Made by a program: the position numbers and the translations under genes
Shown: one piece after another, positions 31,897 to 42,519 of the stretch
Numbering within the stretch: position 1 is the first letter of the stretch
How the letters are laid out: each line of letters begins with the position of its first letter
Notes under the pieces: model-generated
The model's input: only the letters and a program-made list of their open reading frames with translations
What the model was told of the DNA's origin: nothing
The model's database searches: none
Assembly (NCBI GenBank): GCA_050949045.1
Contig: JBMNEZ010000001.1
Location: 1,184,001-1,248,000, forward strand
DNA length: 64,000 nucleotides
Direction: 5' to 3'
Origin: Candidatus Izemoplasmatales bacterium
GTDB lineage: Bacteria; Bacillota_I; Bacilli_A; Izemoplasmatales; Hujiaoplasmataceae

Positions 31897-32346
31897 ATGT
31901 TTCTCGCTCTTGATTTCGGTACCTTGATGATTTTGATTTGGTTCGCGATTATTATTTTGGCCGGCGTCATTGAGGCGTCGACGATGGATCTGTCCAGCGT
32001 TTGGTTCTCCGCGGGCGCTTTTGTCGCTTTGATAATCGCGATTTTCTTCCCAGAACAATATATTGTACAAATTATAGTGTTCCTGATTGTGTCATTATTG
32101 CTTCTTCTCGGTTTAAGGCCATTATTTAAAAAGTATATCCGGAAAAACGAAATCAAGACAAACGCCGACAAGTTGATCGGAAAAGTGGCGATTTGCACTA
32201 AGACGATCCCTGACGGCGAGCGCGGCGAAGTCAAAATCGACGGGAAGATCTGGACTGCGATCGCCAATGAAGCCATTGAAGTAAACACCAGAGTGGAGGT
32301 TTTGGCCATTGATGGCGTCAAACTCGTGGTCAAGAAAATTCAATGA
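31897..32346 (+). CDS. NfeD (YbbJ-like) membrane protein
   Basis: N-terminal TM helices; TNADKLIGK...GEVKIDGKIWTA...VLAIDGVKLVV OB domain. Confidence 0.92.
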   Translation: MFLALDFGTLMILIWFAIIILAGVIEASTMDLSSVWFSAGAFVALIIAIFFPEQYIVQIIVFLIVSLLLLLGLRPLFKKYIRKNEIKTNADKLIGKVAICTKTIPDGERGEVKIDGKIWTAIANEAIEVNTRVEVLAIDGVKLVVKKIQ

Positions 32347-33011
32347 ATGCCGGTTTCTTAAGGCGGGCTTTTTCCTCGCTAACTGATATTTTGATTGTAG
32401 TTCTCGTGGTTTATCTAACCTTTTTGTTGTTTGGTAAATTGATTCTTCGCAAGCAAGTTGATCATTTTGCGGAATTGCATACCCCGTATCAAGAAATGTT
32501 AGATGTTTATAATGAGGATTTAAACGCCATCAGCGAGGAATATACTGCGGCGATGACCCTGGCTGGCGACGACGAAGCATTGAAGGCGGAAGCTCAAAGA
32601 GTCCATCAATTGAAAGCGCAAATCCTTGAAATGCAAAACACCACCGATATTGAATCGTTCAATCGCGAATTATCCAGATATTTTCTATCTATTATTTATT
32701 ACTTTGCATTAGGTTTTATAATTCTTATGACCATTTATGCGCTTGCATTTAAAGGAAAAACGCTGGGGCGAAAGATCATGCAAGTAAAATTAGAAGGCCC
32801 CGTTAATTCTATCAGCGTCTTCTTCCATGATATTGTTTTCAAGTATTTCTTTGTGATCGTTGTTTTCATTGTCAGCCCTTATGGAGGCTTCGTGCTGTTG
32901 TTCCTTTCTGTGATTATTGATCTCATTCTGATTTCTCTCACCAGAAGAAAGGCCACTTTGCGCGATATCCTGCTAAAAATCGATGTAGTGAAAACCGGAT
33001 ACGGATATTAA
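32343..33011 (+). CDS. RDD family membrane protein
   Basis: AGFLRRAFSSLTD, GKTLGRKIM, TLRD; helical insert; ATGA overlap with nfeD. Confidence 0.85.
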   Translation: MNAGFLRRAFSSLTDILIVVLVVYLTFLLFGKLILRKQVDHFAELHTPYQEMLDVYNEDLNAISEEYTAAMTLAGDDEALKAEAQRVHQLKAQILEMQNTTDIESFNRELSRYFLSIIYYFALGFIILMTIYALAFKGKTLGRKIMQVKLEGPVNSISVFFHDIVFKYFFVIVVFIVSPYGGFVLLFLSVIIDLILISLTRRKATLRDILLKIDVVKTGYGY

Positions 33012-33041
33012 CAATAAAGATTATATATAAGGAGGAAAAAC

Positions 33042-34001
33042 ATGTTTCAACTACTATTTCTTGACATTAGTGTTCCCGGTTTGATAGCTTTGATCATTGT
33101 ATTAGTAATTATTCTTGTTTACGTCGGCTCCAGAATCAAAATCGTTCCACAAGCAACCCAGTATGTTATCGAGCGCTGGGGCAGTTATCACACCACTTGG
33201 AATGCGGGGTTGCATTTCTTGTTGCCGTTCTTCGAGAGAATTAAGCGGACCTACACCGTAAACGGGCAAATCACCGACCACATCATCTTAAAAGAACAAG
33301 TCCTTGACTTCCCGCCGCAAGCAGTCATTACCAAAGATAACGTGACCATGCAAATTGATACTGTTGTCTTTCTACAAATTACCGATTCTAAACAATTTAT
33401 CTATGGCGCTGAGAATCCCGGGCTTTTGATTGAACATTTGACGGCGACAACACTTCGTAATATCATCGGCGAACTCGAACTTGACCAAACACTTACCAGC
33501 CGCGACCTGATCAACGAGAGAATGCGCTTCATTCTCGATGAGGCAACTGACCCGTGGGGCATCAAAATTAACCGCGTCGAACTCAAAAACATCATTCCTC
33601 CGAAAGAAATCCGCGAAGCGATGGAAAAGCAAATGCGCGCCGAGCGTGAACGCCGTGAAGCGATTTTGATCGCCGAAGGAAAGAAGGCCGCTAACATTCT
33701 TGAAGCCGAAGGCGAAAAGTCCGCCGCTATCTTGAGAGCGGAAGCCAAGAAAGAAGCCGCCATCCGCGAAGCGGAAGGCCAGGCAGAAGCGATTATCAAA
33801 GTCCAACAAGCGACCGCTAAAGGCATCCAACTAATCCGCGAGGCGAAAGCCGACAAGGCAGTGCTCACAATCGAAGCCTACAAAACTCTCGAAAAGGTAG
33901 CCAATGGGCAGGCCACTAAGATTATCATTCCTTCAGAATTGCAGAGCATCGTCGGAATGGCAAGCGGGCTTATCGAAGCTTTGAAAGAACCAAAGAAATA
34001 A
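33042..34001 (+). CDS. SPFH/band-7 (QmcA/HflC-like) protein
   Basis: QAVITKDNV, TTLRNIIG, WGIKINRVE, KQMRAERERR coiled coil. Confidence 0.95.
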   Translation: MFQLLFLDISVPGLIALIIVLVIILVYVGSRIKIVPQATQYVIERWGSYHTTWNAGLHFLLPFFERIKRTYTVNGQITDHIILKEQVLDFPPQAVITKDNVTMQIDTVVFLQITDSKQFIYGAENPGLLIEHLTATTLRNIIGELELDQTLTSRDLINERMRFILDEATDPWGIKINRVELKNIIPPKEIREAMEKQMRAERERREAILIAEGKKAANILEAEGEKSAAILRAEAKKEAAIREAEGQAEAIIKVQQATAKGIQLIREAKADKAVLTIEAYKTLEKVANGQATKIIIPSELQSIVGMASGLIEALKEPKK

Positions 34002-34014
34002 ACCGTTATAAAAA

Positions 34015-34046
34015 GAGCCGAACTCGCTATTGAGTTCGGTTTTTTT
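34015..34046 (+). terminator. Intrinsic terminator
   Basis: CCGAACTC-gctatt-GAGTTCGG followed by T7. Confidence 0.8.
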
Positions 34047-34150
34047 AATGCACAAGCTTTGATAATGACCCAACAAGAGTGATTGAAACCTATTTGAGCA
34101 GTACAATCCGGGTCAAGTCGATAACTAGGTGTCAGATGATATGATAATGT

Positions 34151-35533
34151 TTAAAACTCGCAGTTTTTCGGAGTTCTTGGAAAAGGGATGACATCGCGGA
34201 TATTATCGATTCCGGTCAGATACATGATCATCCGCTCAAGGCCAAGGCCAAAACCAGAATGGGGAACACCGCCGTAGCGCCTGAGATCAAGATACCACCA
34301 GAGTGGATCTTTGTCTACTTTCATGGTGCGCATCCGTGATTCCAAGACTTCCAGTCTTTCTTCCCTTTGCGATCCGCCGATAAGTTCTCCCGCCCCTGGA
34401 ACAAGTAGATCCATCGCCGCGACAGTATCCCCATCATCATTCAGGCGCATATAGAACGCTTTGATTTCCTTTGGCCAATCGATCACAAAGACTGGTCCAT
34501 CAAAATGGCGAGTTAAGTACTTCTCGTGTTCGGTCGCTAAGTCATCGCTGTAACTTGGTTCATTGGCAAATTTTTCTTTGCTTTCTTTGAGGATTTTGAT
34601 CGCGTCCCGATGCGTGACGCTTGCAAATTTTGATTGCATAACCTTTGTCAGTTTTTCGATTAGCCCTCTTTCGATGAAAGCCTCAAAGAAAGCGATTTCC
34701 TCGCTGCATTTGCTCATGGTTTCCTTAATCAGAAACTTAACCATTTCTTCGGCGATCTCCATGTTTTTCTTTAGATCGCAAAAAGCGATTTCCGGTTCGA
34801 TCATCCAAAATTCGGATGCGTGTCTTTGGGTATTGGAATTCTCCGCCCTGAACGTCGGCCCAAACGTATAAACTTTCCGGAAGGCTAATGCATACGCTTC
34901 TGCCTGCAGTTGTCCCGAAACCGTCAGATTGGTCGCCTTTCCGAAAAAGTCATTTTCATAATCGACAGGTCCCTTGCCAATAAGTTTGTCAAAGTCAAGC
35001 GTTGTGACTTTGAACATCTCGCCTGCACCTTCCGCATCGGAACCGGTGATGATGGGGGTGTGAACATAGATGAACCCCCGGTCTTGAAAGAACGTGTGAA
35101 TGGCGTGGGAAACAACAGAGCGCACTCGAAACACCGCTTGAAAGAGGTTTGTTCTCATTCTGAGGTGGGCATTTTCGCGTAAATATTCCCGCGTATGTCT
35201 TTTCGGCTGGATCGGATAATATTCGGGACAATTGCCAATAAGCGTGATTGTCTGGGCTTTGATCTCAAACGGCTGTTTCATCAACGGAGTCAAAACCAGC
35301 GAGCCTTTTACCGTTATTGATGATCCCACTCGATATTTTTGAATATCTTTGAAGTTTGTAGTCGTGTCTTCCTCGTAAACAACCTGAACACTCGCAAAAC
35401 AGGTTCCATCGTGAAGATCGATGAACCCATGCTCTTTTTGAGCACGGTTGTTTCTGATCCATCCGCTCACGGTTAAGTTTTGAATTTTTGTTTCTTGGTA
35501 ACTTTTGAACAATTCATTGATTGTTGTTTCCAT
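34151..35533 (-). CDS. asnS: Asparaginyl-tRNA synthetase
   Basis: LTVSGQL, FRAENSNT, EFWMIEPE, GFGLGLER; Asn T-box upstream. Confidence 0.97.
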   Translation of the reverse strand: METTINELFKSYQETKIQNLTVSGWIRNNRAQKEHGFIDLHDGTCFASVQVVYEEDTTTNFKDIQKYRVGSSITVKGSLVLTPLMKQPFEIKAQTITLIGNCPEYYPIQPKRHTREYLRENAHLRMRTNLFQAVFRVRSVVSHAIHTFFQDRGFIYVHTPIITGSDAEGAGEMFKVTTLDFDKLIGKGPVDYENDFFGKATNLTVSGQLQAEAYALAFRKVYTFGPTFRAENSNTQRHASEFWMIEPEIAFCDLKKNMEIAEEMVKFLIKETMSKCSEEIAFFEAFIERGLIEKLTKVMQSKFASVTHRDAIKILKESKEKFANEPSYSDDLATEHEKYLTRHFDGPVFVIDWPKEIKAFYMRLNDDGDTVAAMDLLVPGAGELIGGSQREERLEVLESRMRTMKVDKDPLWWYLDLRRYGGVPHSGFGLGLERMIMYLTGIDNIRDVIPFPRTPKNCEF

Positions 35534-35549
35534 GATCTCCCTCTTTCAA

Positions 35550-35770
35550 AAAATAAAATCGTCCCTAAATAAAGGACGAAACATCTCCGTGGTACCACCT
35601 TAATTCCGGCATTGCCGGCGCTTGAAGCCCTTAACGCGGACCGACGTCCAGTTCTACTATAATTTCTTCTGTCTCTCCCGGTGTTTTTCAAACACGCTTA
35701 TGGTTAAGGCTTCCACCGTCCCTTAATCGCTTTTGCCGTCAACGTGTTTTAATCGTCCGTTCTTCGATTT
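35550..35770 (-). ncRNA. T-box riboswitch (Asn specifier)
   Basis: AAGGTGGTACCACGG T-box (35587-35601); GGTGGAA stem I loop; GAAA-AAC-A specifier (AAC at 35683-35685); CGTCC/GGACG terminator. Confidence 0.9.
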
Positions 35771-35854
35771 ATCATCATTATATCACAAATGTCCAGTTTG
35801 TAAACTGAGGCTATTCATTTATAATAAATAACCGACCAAATCGGCCGGTTATAT

Positions 35855-36805
35855 TTATTGAAACAGAGATGAGAGTGCTTGATCGTCAATGATGTTGATG
35901 ATGCCTTGACCGATGAGCTCGGCGATCGATAACTGAACCAATTTGGGAAAATGTTTGTCTTCGGAAAGTTCGATCGTATCTGTGCAGACCACTTCTTTGA
36001 TTGGAGCCTCTTGGAGCTTTTTAATTGCGTCTCCTGAGAACAGCGGGTGCGTGCAACAAGCGTAAACCTCCTTGGCTCCAGCTTCTTTCAGGGCTTTTGA
36101 GGCGGCCGCCATTGAACCGGCGGTATCGATCATATCGTCAAAAAGGATGCAGTTCTTTCCTTTGACCTGGCCGATGATATTCATCACTTCGGCGACGTTC
36201 GGCTCGGGACGCGTCTTGTCAATGATCGCTATCGGCGTCGAGAGCGCGTCCGCCAACGTTCTGGCACGGGCCACTCCGCCATGATCCGGGGATACGACCA
36301 CGAGATCCGACAAGTTTTTTTGTTTCATATATCTGGCAATGATCGGCAGCGAACGGAAGTTATCAATAGGGATGTCGAAGAATCCTTGAATCTGAGCAGC
36401 ATGAAGATCCATGCAAATTACCCTAGTTGCGCCGCTGACTTGCAGTAAATCGGCAATCAACTTGGCGGAAATAGGCTGTCTGGCCTTGGCTTTCCGGTCT
36501 TGCCTTGAATACCCGTAATAAGGAATAACAACATTGATTTCTCTGGCAGATGCTCTTTTCAAGGCGTCTATCATAATGAGCAACTCCATGATGTGCTCGT
36601 TGACCGGGCTGTTGGTCGATTGGATGACAAACACCTTGTGCCCTCTGACTGTTTCGGGTATGTTGATGTTGATTTCGCCGTCAGCGAAACGGGTCACTTC
36701 GGATATCGAAAGTGGAATCCCCATGTAATCAGCGATGTCCTTTGCTAATTTTTTGTTTGAGCTGAGCGCGAAGATCTTGACCTTTGATCCATGAAAGACT
36801 GCCAT
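35855..36805 (-). CDS. prs: Ribose-phosphate pyrophosphokinase
   Basis: [35 protein letters not shown]. Confidence 0.97.
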   Translation of the reverse strand: MAVFHGSKVKIFALSSNKKLAKDIADYMGIPLSISEVTRFADGEININIPETVRGHKVFVIQSTNSPVNEHIMELLIMIDALKRASAREINVVIPYYGYSRQDRKAKARQPISAKLIADLLQVSGATRVICMDLHAAQIQGFFDIPIDNFRSLPIIARYMKQKNLSDLVVVSPDHGGVARARTLADALSTPIAIIDKTRPEPNVAEVMNIIGQVKGKNCILFDDMIDTAGSMAAASKALKEAGAKEVYACCTHPLFSGDAIKKLQEAPIKEVVCTDTIELSEDKHFPKLVQLSIAELIGQGIINIIDDQALSSLFQ

Positions 36806-36920
36806 CGATATCATCCATCCCAATTATATATGATCTGCTTATATGCCTATTATACATCATGACGTTGGATTTAAAAAGCGCCAACTTTGGAAAGTTGGCA
36901 CAGCGTTCGACAAAAAGATA

Positions 36921-37226
36921 TTATTCTTCTTTTTCTTCTTGTTTTTCTTCTTTTACTTCATCTTCTTTGAGTAATGGAAGTTTTTCAAAAGCCTCAAGCA
37001 CCGCTTTTTCAATCATACTCCTGGTTTCGGTATTGATAGGGTGTGCGACATCCTTAAATTCTCCGTTTGGCATCTTTCTGCTGGGCATAGCCACAAACAG
37101 ACCGTTTTTCCCTTCAATAACCCTGAGTTCATGAACAACGAAGCAATCATCAATGGTGATTGCCGCAATCCCAACCAAGCGGTTATCTCCGTTTACCCTT
37201 TTTGCACGAACTTCCGTTATCAACAT
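36921..37226 (-). CDS. spoVG: SpoVG
   Basis: ITEVR...GLFVAMPSRK...FKDVAHPIN. Confidence 0.96.
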   Translation of the reverse strand: MLITEVRAKRVNGDNRLVGIAAITIDDCFVVHELRVIEGKNGLFVAMPSRKMPNGEFKDVAHPINTETRSMIEKAVLEAFEKLPLLKEDEVKEEKQEEKEE

Positions 37227-37293
37227 ATTCCCACCTCTTTAGCAAATTATATCATGTGACAAATTGATTTCCAATAGGGTTAATGAATATTAA

Positions 37294-38145
37294 TTATAAA
37301 AAATCAAAGAGCCCGACAAAATAGTTTTCGCCATTTTCAGCGATAAAATCAGTTATCCGTTTTTCGGTTTGCCTTATCATTTTGATGAATGTGGATCCGG
37401 TACCGCTCATAACCAATCCCATTTCCCCGAGACGCTTATTTAAATAATCATGAAACTCCTTAATTTTGGGATACTGATCAGTGACTATTTCTGTGAAAGC
37501 GTTATGTAACAATTCTGATATTTTATCGATATTCTTTTTAGCGATCGCTTCTTTGATCGGCATAATATCGGTATTGGCAAATTTAGTCTTTACGCCTAAT
37601 TCGAAGATTTTTTCAGTAGAAACAAAAATTTTGGGATTGATTAGCAGAGCTTTCCATGGTTTCAAATCAATGTCCAGTTCAGTGATAATCTCGCCAATCC
37701 CCTCGACAAGTGCAGGATAGTCGTAAAGGCAGTAAGGAATGTCCGCTCCGAATCTTAAGCCGAACTCGCTCATCTCCTCAATCGTCAAATTGAGCCCAAA
37801 CAATTTGTCAATGCCTTTGATGATAGCCGCCGCATCAGCCGAATTCCCCGCTAATCCGGCGCCAAAGGGGATGTTTTTCTCAATTTCGATTCGCACTCCT
37901 TCGGTTGGCACATACCGCCTGATCATTTCACTCGCAACATCATGAACGACGTTGTTTTGGTTGGAAAGAAACAAGTCGTTAGAGACGATAAGCGCCGTGC
38001 CCAGTACTTGTTCTTTCTTGATCTTGATCACGTCGTGAAGCGCGATTTTGGCGTTGATCATCTCAAGATTATGATAACCGTCCTTTCGCCTATCGAGAAC
38101 ATTCAAGAATAGGTTCACTTTCGCATACGCTTTTTCTTCGATCAT
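37294..38145 (-). CDS. ispE: 4-(CDP)-2-C-methyl-D-erythritol kinase
   Basis: AYAKVNLFL, DGYH, KNIPFGAGLAGNSAD, GADIP. Confidence 0.9.
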   Translation of the reverse strand: MIEEKAYAKVNLFLNVLDRRKDGYHNLEMINAKIALHDVIKIKKEQVLGTALIVSNDLFLSNQNNVVHDVASEMIRRYVPTEGVRIEIEKNIPFGAGLAGNSADAAAIIKGIDKLFGLNLTIEEMSEFGLRFGADIPYCLYDYPALVEGIGEIITELDIDLKPWKALLINPKIFVSTEKIFELGVKTKFANTDIMPIKEAIAKKNIDKISELLHNAFTEIVTDQYPKIKEFHDYLNKRLGEMGLVMSGTGSTFIKMIRQTEKRITDFIAENGENYFVGLFDFL

Positions 38146-38319
38146 TTTGAACCCCCATCTTCATGATTGTTGTTTTTGGTAAATAGATAACTTTTTATTC
38201 ATGTTATCCAAATCATTGCTTTCTTTCTTTAATTATAACCGATTTTTCGACTATCTCGCTTGTGGTTCCAAAAAAGCGGCTCCCGCTTTTTGTTTGTTCG
38301 GGATTCCGCTTTCATTGCC

Positions 38320-38646
38320 TCATATAACGATATCGATGATATCATTGGCGTTCAATTTCTCAAATGTTGACAAAACGATGCGCTTGTTTTGATAATCGAT
38401 GCTTTTGATACAACCGAAAGTATGCCTTATGTAACCGTCTTTATAATAACTGATTTCAACTTCTTTGTCTTTTTGAACTGCAAGCGCAAGTTTTTGATTC
38501 AGTTCATCATAAGCGTCTTCGCTCAAAACCGGCTTTTCTTTTTTCCCTAGCCGATATTTCAGTTCCTCAAGCATTGAGCTGTGACCGACCAAAGCATCGA
38601 ATGCGTTCCATTTGATGATACCGCGATCGATATAGGCGTTAGGCAT
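38320..38646 (-). CDS. YolD-like protein
   Basis: DRGIIKWNAF...KPVLSED; overlaps the end of the Y-family polymerase. Confidence 0.88.
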   Translation of the reverse strand: MPNAYIDRGIIKWNAFDALVGHSSMLEELKYRLGKKEKPVLSEDAYDELNQKLALAVQKDKEVEISYYKDGYIRHTFGCIKSIDYQNKRIVLSTFEKLNANDIIDIVI

Positions 38647-39904
38647 GATGGCCACCGATCATTTCGTTTCTTGCTTTGGCGGTTGAAAAAGGAAGTTCAG
38701 CCGAACTCCGGTTGATGCTGTTTTTGCCAAATCTGATTTTGATTTCATCCATCGCCGCGAATATTTGTTGTTCCTTGACGATCTTCTCGGCATCCTCAAA
38801 CAAATTGAACTGATAATCGTTTTTGTTTGTCAGATTGCCGACGCCGACATGAACGCGCCTTATGGCTTCATTTTCATAGTGTTTGTCAAAAAGTTTGCGG
38901 CAAGCTTGATAAATGATCGATTCGTTTGCGGTTGGCTGTTCGAGCTTTATTTGTCTTGCAAAGCCGCCGCCGGCGTCTTTACTGTAGGAAACGCCAAAGT
39001 GGACGGTCGCGGCGAGTTTATGGCTGATCCTTAGTCTTCTTGTGATATCGTCAACCATCTCGATGATGATCTGGTAGATCTCTGGTTTATAATAGTCGCG
39101 AAACAAAACCTGACTTGTGCCGTAACTTTTGCTTATCGGCTTGATTTTCAATTTGTCCTGAATCATGCTCATATCAATGCCGTGGGTGTGATAGTATAAT
39201 TCCTCGCCTAAGACGCCGAACCGGCGTTTCAGTTTACTCGGATCGCTAGCGGCGATATCGCCGATTTTGTAGAATCCCATTTTGTTCAAGCGGGCTTCCA
39301 TATTTCTGCCGACGCCCCACATTTTGCTTAGAGGTTTGACCGGCCATAGTTTTTCGGGAAGATCTTCATAGTTCCATTTAGCAATATAGTTTTTAGCGTT
39401 TTTGGATTCTAGATCAAGCGCCAATTTCGCCATCAACATATTTGCCCCGATACCACAACTTGAACATACTTTTGTTTCCTTATAGATTTCGTCCATGAGC
39501 ATTTTGGCTATTTCATAGTCGGTTTTTTTATAATATTCAAGATATTCCGTCAAATCAAGAAAAGTTTCGTCGATGGAATAAATATACATATCCTCTTCCG
39601 AGATGAACCGGAGATAGATTTCGATGATTTTGGTGGAATATTCAAGATATTTTTCCATTTGGGGTTTTCGAAAAATGATCTTGATATTTTTGGGCAATTC
39701 ATAGATTCGACAACGGTTGGGGACGCCTAGAGTTTTGAGATATGGCGATACGGCCAGTACGATCGAGCCGCCTCCGCGGGAATGATCGGCGACGACCAGT
39801 GGCGTTTCGAAGGGGTCCAAACCCAAAAGACTGCATTCAACGGATGCATAAAAGCTTTTTAGATCGATACAAATGATTTTGCGATGCAGTCTGTACTCTT
39901 CCAA
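38639..39904 (-). CDS. Y-family DNA polymerase (UmuC/UvrX-like)
   Basis: CIDLKSFYASVEC, YSIDETF, C-terminal IGGH; TTG start with AGGAGG RBS. Confidence 0.93.
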   Translation of the reverse strand: MEEYRLHRKIICIDLKSFYASVECSLLGLDPFETPLVVADHSRGGGSIVLAVSPYLKTLGVPNRCRIYELPKNIKIIFRKPQMEKYLEYSTKIIEIYLRFISEEDMYIYSIDETFLDLTEYLEYYKKTDYEIAKMLMDEIYKETKVCSSCGIGANMLMAKLALDLESKNAKNYIAKWNYEDLPEKLWPVKPLSKMWGVGRNMEARLNKMGFYKIGDIAASDPSKLKRRFGVLGEELYYHTHGIDMSMIQDKLKIKPISKSYGTSQVLFRDYYKPEIYQIIIEMVDDITRRLRISHKLAATVHFGVSYSKDAGGGFARQIKLEQPTANESIIYQACRKLFDKHYENEAIRRVHVGVGNLTNKNDYQFNLFEDAEKIVKEQQIFAAMDEIKIRFGKNSINRSSAELPFSTAKARNEMIGGHHA

Positions 39905-40090
39905 GGCTGCCCCTCCTTTTTTGTTGATTATTATATCTTTTTTGACAGGCAAAATAAATGCTTGAAACAAGATTTTATAATGAAAACGTCATCGCTCTGA
40001 AAAAACAAAAGACGGATGTTTGGACCGTCGTTTGCTTGCATTGAAAATAACGCTTGCGATGCTTGTTTTTATACTGAAAACTAACAAGAA

Positions 40091-40354
40091 TCATTTGTCA
40101 TATTTAGCAAAGGGGTCGTCTTCGGCTTTGTTTTTTTCTTTTTCTTTTTGAATCCTTTCCATAACCACTTTTTTTGGTTCAACTACAATTGCCATGATTA
40201 AATAGGCGATCAGCCCGCCTCCGGCCACAAAGAGCGCGATGATCCACAAAACTCTAATCAAGGTGACGTCGACATCAAAATAATCGGCAAGACCAGCACA
40301 AACTCCGGCGATTTTCTTGTTGTCTGTATCTCTGTATAGCCTTCTTTTTTCCAT
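40091..40354 (-). CDS. pspC: PspC domain protein
   Basis: RLYRD...IAGVCAGLADYF...IAYLI. Confidence 0.9.
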   Translation of the reverse strand: MEKRRLYRDTDNKKIAGVCAGLADYFDVDVTLIRVLWIIALFVAGGGLIAYLIMAIVVEPKKVVMERIQKEKEKNKAEDDPFAKYDK

Positions 40355-40399
40355 TTGAGATATCCTTTCTTGTTTAAATATATGGTTTATTGAATTTAA

Positions 40400-41227
40400 T
40401 TATAATCTTTCAACGATTTGTGTAAGCAGTTTTCCAAGAGTGTTTGCAATCTGTGCACCGATAGTCAACACTTCCTCGTGGGAAAGTTTTACTTCGCTGA
40501 TGCCCGTGGCCATATTGGTCACGGAGGCGATGCCTAAGACTTTGATGCCGGCGTGTCTCGCAACGATTACTTCCGGAACCGTCGACATGCCGATAAGATC
40601 TCCTCCCATTGCCCGATATGCTTTGATTTCGGCTTTTGTCTCATAACTCGGTCCAAGATAACTAACATAAACCCCCTGATTCAATTCAATGTTGTTTTCT
40701 TTCGCAACCGCTTTGGCGATATCATTCAATTCTTTGTTGTACGGCTCGCTCATATCAAAGAATCTTGGGCCTATATAATCTTGATTATCGCCTTCCATCG
40801 GATTTTTGCCCATCATATTAATGTGGTCGGTGATCAGCGCCATGGTGCCTGGTTTGATTTTGTCAACCATTGACCCGCAGGCATTGGTGAGAATGAGCAC
40901 CTTGACGCCAAGAAGCGCAAACAACTGGATTGGAAAGCGCATTTCTTCGTTGGTACACCCTTCATAGTAATGGTTGCGCCCTTGCATACAATATATGCTT
41001 TTTCCTTTAACGGTTCCGATCGATAGCACGCCTTTGTGTCCTGAAATGCTTGCGGCTCGAAAATGAGGGATGTCCGCATAGGGGATGTCGATACGATCTT
41101 TGATTAACTTCGCAAAGGCTCCCAATCCAGAACCAAGAATGATCAGAATTTCCGGATTGAAGGTGCTTTTTGCCTTGATAAAGCGAATCGCCTCGTCAAA
41201 TTTGTTTTTCGAATTATTCATTATCAT
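40400..41227 (-). CDS. punA: Purine-nucleoside phosphorylase (PNP I type)
   Basis: ILGSGLG, GRNHYYEG, GPSYET, GMSTVPE, TNMA. Confidence 0.95.
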   Translation of the reverse strand: MIMNNSKNKFDEAIRFIKAKSTFNPEILIILGSGLGAFAKLIKDRIDIPYADIPHFRAASISGHKGVLSIGTVKGKSIYCMQGRNHYYEGCTNEEMRFPIQLFALLGVKVLILTNACGSMVDKIKPGTMALITDHINMMGKNPMEGDNQDYIGPRFFDMSEPYNKELNDIAKAVAKENNIELNQGVYVSYLGPSYETKAEIKAYRAMGGDLIGMSTVPEVIVARHAGIKVLGIASVTNMATGISEVKLSHEEVLTIGAQIANTLGKLLTQIVERL

Positions 41228-42519
41228 TTGCCAAATACTCTATCGTAAATGAGAGCAACATTTTTTTGGTAAAACCCGAGTTCAAATAATTCGTTAATTT
41301 CGTGCTTTGTCAGCTTTGAACTGACAAGCGGGTCTTTGAGTAGCGCTTCTTTGAATTGACTGTTCTCATTTTTGGCTTTTTGAGCTAGGGACTGCACAAG
41401 GTCGTATGCTGTTTCACGGGTCAGCCCCTTGTCAATAAGAGTTGTCAAAACTCTTTGGGAAAAAATGATGCCGTTTGTCAGGTTGATGTTTTCCCTCATC
41501 CTTTCCGGAAACACTTCAAGTTGATTCAAAACGTCTTTGTATCGATTCAGCATATAATCGATCAAAATCGTTGCGTCTGGAAAAACAACTCTTTCAACGG
41601 AAGAGTGTGAAATGTCGCGTTCATGCCACAAAACATCGTTTTCCATGACAGGAATAACGTATCCCCGCATGACTCTTGCCAATCCACAGATGTTTTCGCT
41701 TGAGATCGGGTTTTGTTTGTGAGGCATCGCAGAAGATCCCTTTTGTGTCGCAAAAAACTTTTCCCTGACTTCGCCGACTTCGGTGCGCTGCAGATGCCTG
41801 ATCTCGGTTGCGATCTTTTCAAGAGTCGTGGCTATCAGTGCAAGCGTGAAAATGTATTCTGCATAGCGGTCGCGCTGAAGTGTTTGCGTGGAGATGTTTG
41901 GCGCCGACAAACCCAGTTCCTCGAGAATTATTGTTTCGATTTTTGGATCAACAAAAGCATAGTTTCCGACTGCGCCGCTGATTTTCCCAATTTCAACATT
42001 TTTTGAAGCGTTTAGAAATCTGGTTTTGTTGCGATTCATTTCATCATACCAAAGCGCCCATTTGAGTCCAAAAACGGTGATGTCCGCATGAATGCCGTGA
42101 GTTCTGCCGATGATATACGTTTCTTTGTATTCGATCGCCTTTTGGGCGAGAACCGCCAAAAAGGCATTCAAATCATCAAGAATGATTTGGTTCGCTTTTT
42201 TGAAAAGAAGCCCGTTGGCGGTGTCGACAACATCGGTTGAGGTCAAACCGTAATGGATAAATCGCCCTTCGTTCCCAAGGGATTCGGATACCGCTCTTGT
42301 GAAGGCGATCACATCATGTTTGGTCTGTGCTTCGAGTTCGTTAATCCTTGAGAGGGAAAAACTCGCTTTTTCTTTAATCAGCTTTAATTCGGAATCCGAA
42401 ATTATGTTGTGCTTGGCCAATGCCACACAGTTAGCGATTTCAACATCAAGAAAAGCCTGAAACCTGTTCTGGTCTGTCCAAATCTCTTTCATCTCTTTTC
42501 GTGAATAGCGATCAATCAT
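41224..42519 (-). CDS. purB: Adenylosuccinate lyase
   Basis: MIDRYS, GRTHG, GSSAMPHKQNP, HERDISHSS. Confidence 0.97.
   Translation of the reverse strand: MIDRYSRKEMKEIWTDQNRFQAFLDVEIANCVALAKHNIISDSELKLIKEKASFSLSRINELEAQTKHDVIAFTRAVSESLGNEGRFIHYGLTSTDVVDTANGLLFKKANQIILDDLNAFLAVLAQKAIEYKETYIIGRTHGIHADITVFGLKWALWYDEMNRNKTRFLNASKNVEIGKISGAVGNYAFVDPKIETIILEELGLSAPNISTQTLQRDRYAEYIFTLALIATTLEKIATEIRHLQRTEVGEVREKFFATQKGSSAMPHKQNPISSENICGLARVMRGYVIPVMENDVLWHERDISHSSVERVVFPDATILIDYMLNRYKDVLNQLEVFPERMRENINLTNGIIFSQRVLTTLIDKGLTRETAYDLVQSLAQKAKNENSQFKEALLKDPLVSSKLTKHEINELFELGFYQKNVALIYDRVFGK

Noticed and set aside
34053..34115. CAACAAGAGTGATTGAAAC resembling a CRISPR repeat end, inside a TGACCC/GGGTCA pair
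   Set aside because: Single copy, no spacer periodicity, no cas genes in the window
38162..38212. Tiny ORF MNKKLSIYQKQQS upstream of ispE
   Set aside because: No recognisable homology or attenuator structure
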